A stretch of 64,000 nt of DNA from Psammoneis japonica (lineage: Eukaryota), in the NCBI GenBank assembly GCA_008632985.1, contig QPGO01000118.1, forward strand, positions 124,001 through 188,000. The letters run 5' to 3'. The position numbers were made by a program, and so were the translations under genes. Each line of letters opens with the position of its first letter. The first letter of the stretch is position 1. This document shows positions 62,353 through 64,000 of the stretch, piece by piece. The notes under the pieces are model-generated. The model ran no database searches and was not told the DNA's origin. It was given only the letters and a program-made list of their open reading frames with translations.

Positions 62353-64000
62353 AAAGAGATGTTCCGCTGGATGGGGAAGATGATTGGGTTGTGCGGCGCA
62401 ACTGTGTCAATGGGGGAGGGAGACCAGATGCAGCAGTGCAGTGCCGAGACAGGTGATGCTGCACATTGTTTTCGGAGTCAAATCCACGTTGTCCACAATG
62501 AGGACAACTGAAAGACTTGGTGGGAATGGTGGAACGGAGGCAGCCAGTTGCAATGTGCCTGCTGAGACCACGTTTGGAAAAGAAACCAGTTCGTTCACAC
62601 CAAGGACAAACAAGACCATCAGACAACATGGCCAATGCACAGAGACAAAGGAGTTGAGAAGAGAATCAAAAGGAAACAGTGTGTGCAGCAACAATCACTT
62701 GGGGATTTGGTGAGGGTGGAAAGATGTGAAGAGAAACAAGGTGCGATTGATGGGGGAAGGCGTCATGGCTGGACAGGACAGAAGGATGGAATGGGCAGGG
62801 AGAGAAAGTTTAGAAGACTGCCTTGACGAATGCATGCGACAATTTTGATCCAGAAAGTTGATTGACACACAATCCAGAAATCAACATGGAACTGAACAAA
62901 CACATGAGGCTTGTTGGATGGGGGGGGGGGGGGGGGGGGGGGGGTTGAATGGTTGAATTGGGGAGTGCAGATGTTTGTTGTTGAACATTTCACAAATGCT
63001 GACTTGACAAATCAGCATGATCATGGATTGGGGGGAGAGCATGTCGGGTTTAATTTCAAGCAATCTTGACGGCTGGTGCGACACCTGGATTGTTGGTGTC
63101 CCAGATGTGACTTCATCACATGCACTTTCTGTGTGGCATCCCGGATGGTTTCAGAAAAGCTGTGCTTGTGAACCTCATCACATGATGAGGGGGAGAGCTC
63201 CTCCATGCCCCTGTCATGCTTGAGGTGTTTGATCCCTTGACAATGAGTTTGCCATCCTTTGCAACTTCCAAACAAAATTCATGATTGCAGCTGTCAACAT
63301 TCTCAGCATGGGCAATTGCCTCTTTGAAAAGAGTGCAAACAGGGTGAGTTTTGACAGTTGAAACCATGTGCACACAATTGAACAATGGAGTCCAAGAATG
63401 AGAGTGAAGCTTGAGTTGCTGCTCAATCAGCACAACAAACTCAAAAACAAACATGACAACATCCCAACTCACCATCTTGCTGCCTGTGCTGATGATGATG
63501 ATCAAATTGAGTGCATGTAAAACTTTTTTGCAAGAAGTCCCAAGTGTTGAATTCCCCAGCTCTCACTTGGCAGTCTTCAAGCCATTTTTGCACTTTGCAC
63601 CAGCAACTGGTTCCCAAGGAGGCATTGTGGTGAATCTTGTTGTTCTTCCTTCTTCCTCTTCTTCTTTCCAGCTTGTTGCTTGCTTGGACAGCCCACTGGA
63701 AATTGCAAAATTCAGACTTGGGCATGCTGGTGCCCAAACAAGAAACAACAGCAACACACGCATAAATTTTTGCATGACCCCAGTGTGCATGATGCATGCA
63801 TGACATCTGCTGCATGTTCAGCACCAGACTCCACAAGGGAAAAAACAGACAGATGCAAGGGGGGAGAGATCCGTGATGACCAGAAATGTGTGGTGGGAAT
63901 GAAAGTGCAGTGACAGCCAAGTTGCCCACCCTCCTGCATTGAGAAGCCTCTGAGTGGCCATCATGTGCTGTTGCATGCTGCAAAGTTGTGCACACATTCT

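Larger units (their letters stand above)
53200..62635 (-). mobile_element. Plavaka-type (CACTA/EnSpm-related) transposase pseudogene with N-terminal Zn fingers, split by the Gypsy insertion at 57279-62352
   Basis: SDKTGID..NPHGMEP, WHPLGFTPNL, GAFGMTVADMM.VLE and KFHSMLHL...IANFSAMTGESHLK..AK; CPWC..H, CPHC..H at 62353-62635 and CPHC..H at about 57200 read in one frame after removing the Gypsy and one TSD; element termini not found. Confidence 0.7.
34230..64000. other. About 30-kb TpA-depleted transposon/pseudogene domain with two TA-retaining islands (about 36911-38310 and 57340-58950)
   Basis: Dinucleotide composition read directly; confirmed by paralog alignments inside the window. Confidence 0.9.

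Noticed and set aside
34230..64000. Hundreds of overlapping 60-270-aa Cys/His-rich ORFs in all six frames, also at 1-880 and 5.7-10.9 kb
   Set aside because: By-product of TA loss: TAA and TAG stops and Tyr codons are erased, leaving long open frames. These are not genes or metal-binding proteins.

Overview
Eukaryotic genomic DNA with GT-AG introns, most likely from a diatom. This is inferred from a plastid-targeted ferritin, domain-swapped (type III) metacaspases and a SET/aminopropyltransferase/AdoMetDC long-chain-polyamine fusion. The window has two sharply bounded compartments. (1) A gene-dense part (about 0.9-5.8, 10.9-21.2 and 22.7-34.2 kb) with about 12 protein genes and a 5S rRNA gene. 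(2) Repeat- and pseudogene-rich domains (1-0.88, 5.9-10.9, 21.2-22.7 and 34.2-64 kb) in which TpA is almost absent, CpG is reduced and TpG/CpA are in excess. Several repeat families present in two to four copies (Gypsy LTR pair, Gypsy pol, a MITE, a TRIM) show that TpA was converted to TpG or CpA (A:T to G:C, both strands) in the genomic copies after insertion. Conserved Tyr codons became Cys/His (for example RT YLDD to HLDD). This looks like a repeat-directed hypermutation running opposite in direction to fungal RIP and is the main candidate for an undescribed system. The mutated block also holds a Plavaka-type transposase interrupted by a full Gypsy element, possible cargo ORFs (a 2OG-Fe(II) dioxygenase and a SAM-methyltransferase-like ORF), a TRIM with a tRNA-like Pol III promoter, and decayed copies of host genes (Rab18-like, TM9SF, eIF3d). 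All alignments and counts were done by eye and should be recomputed.
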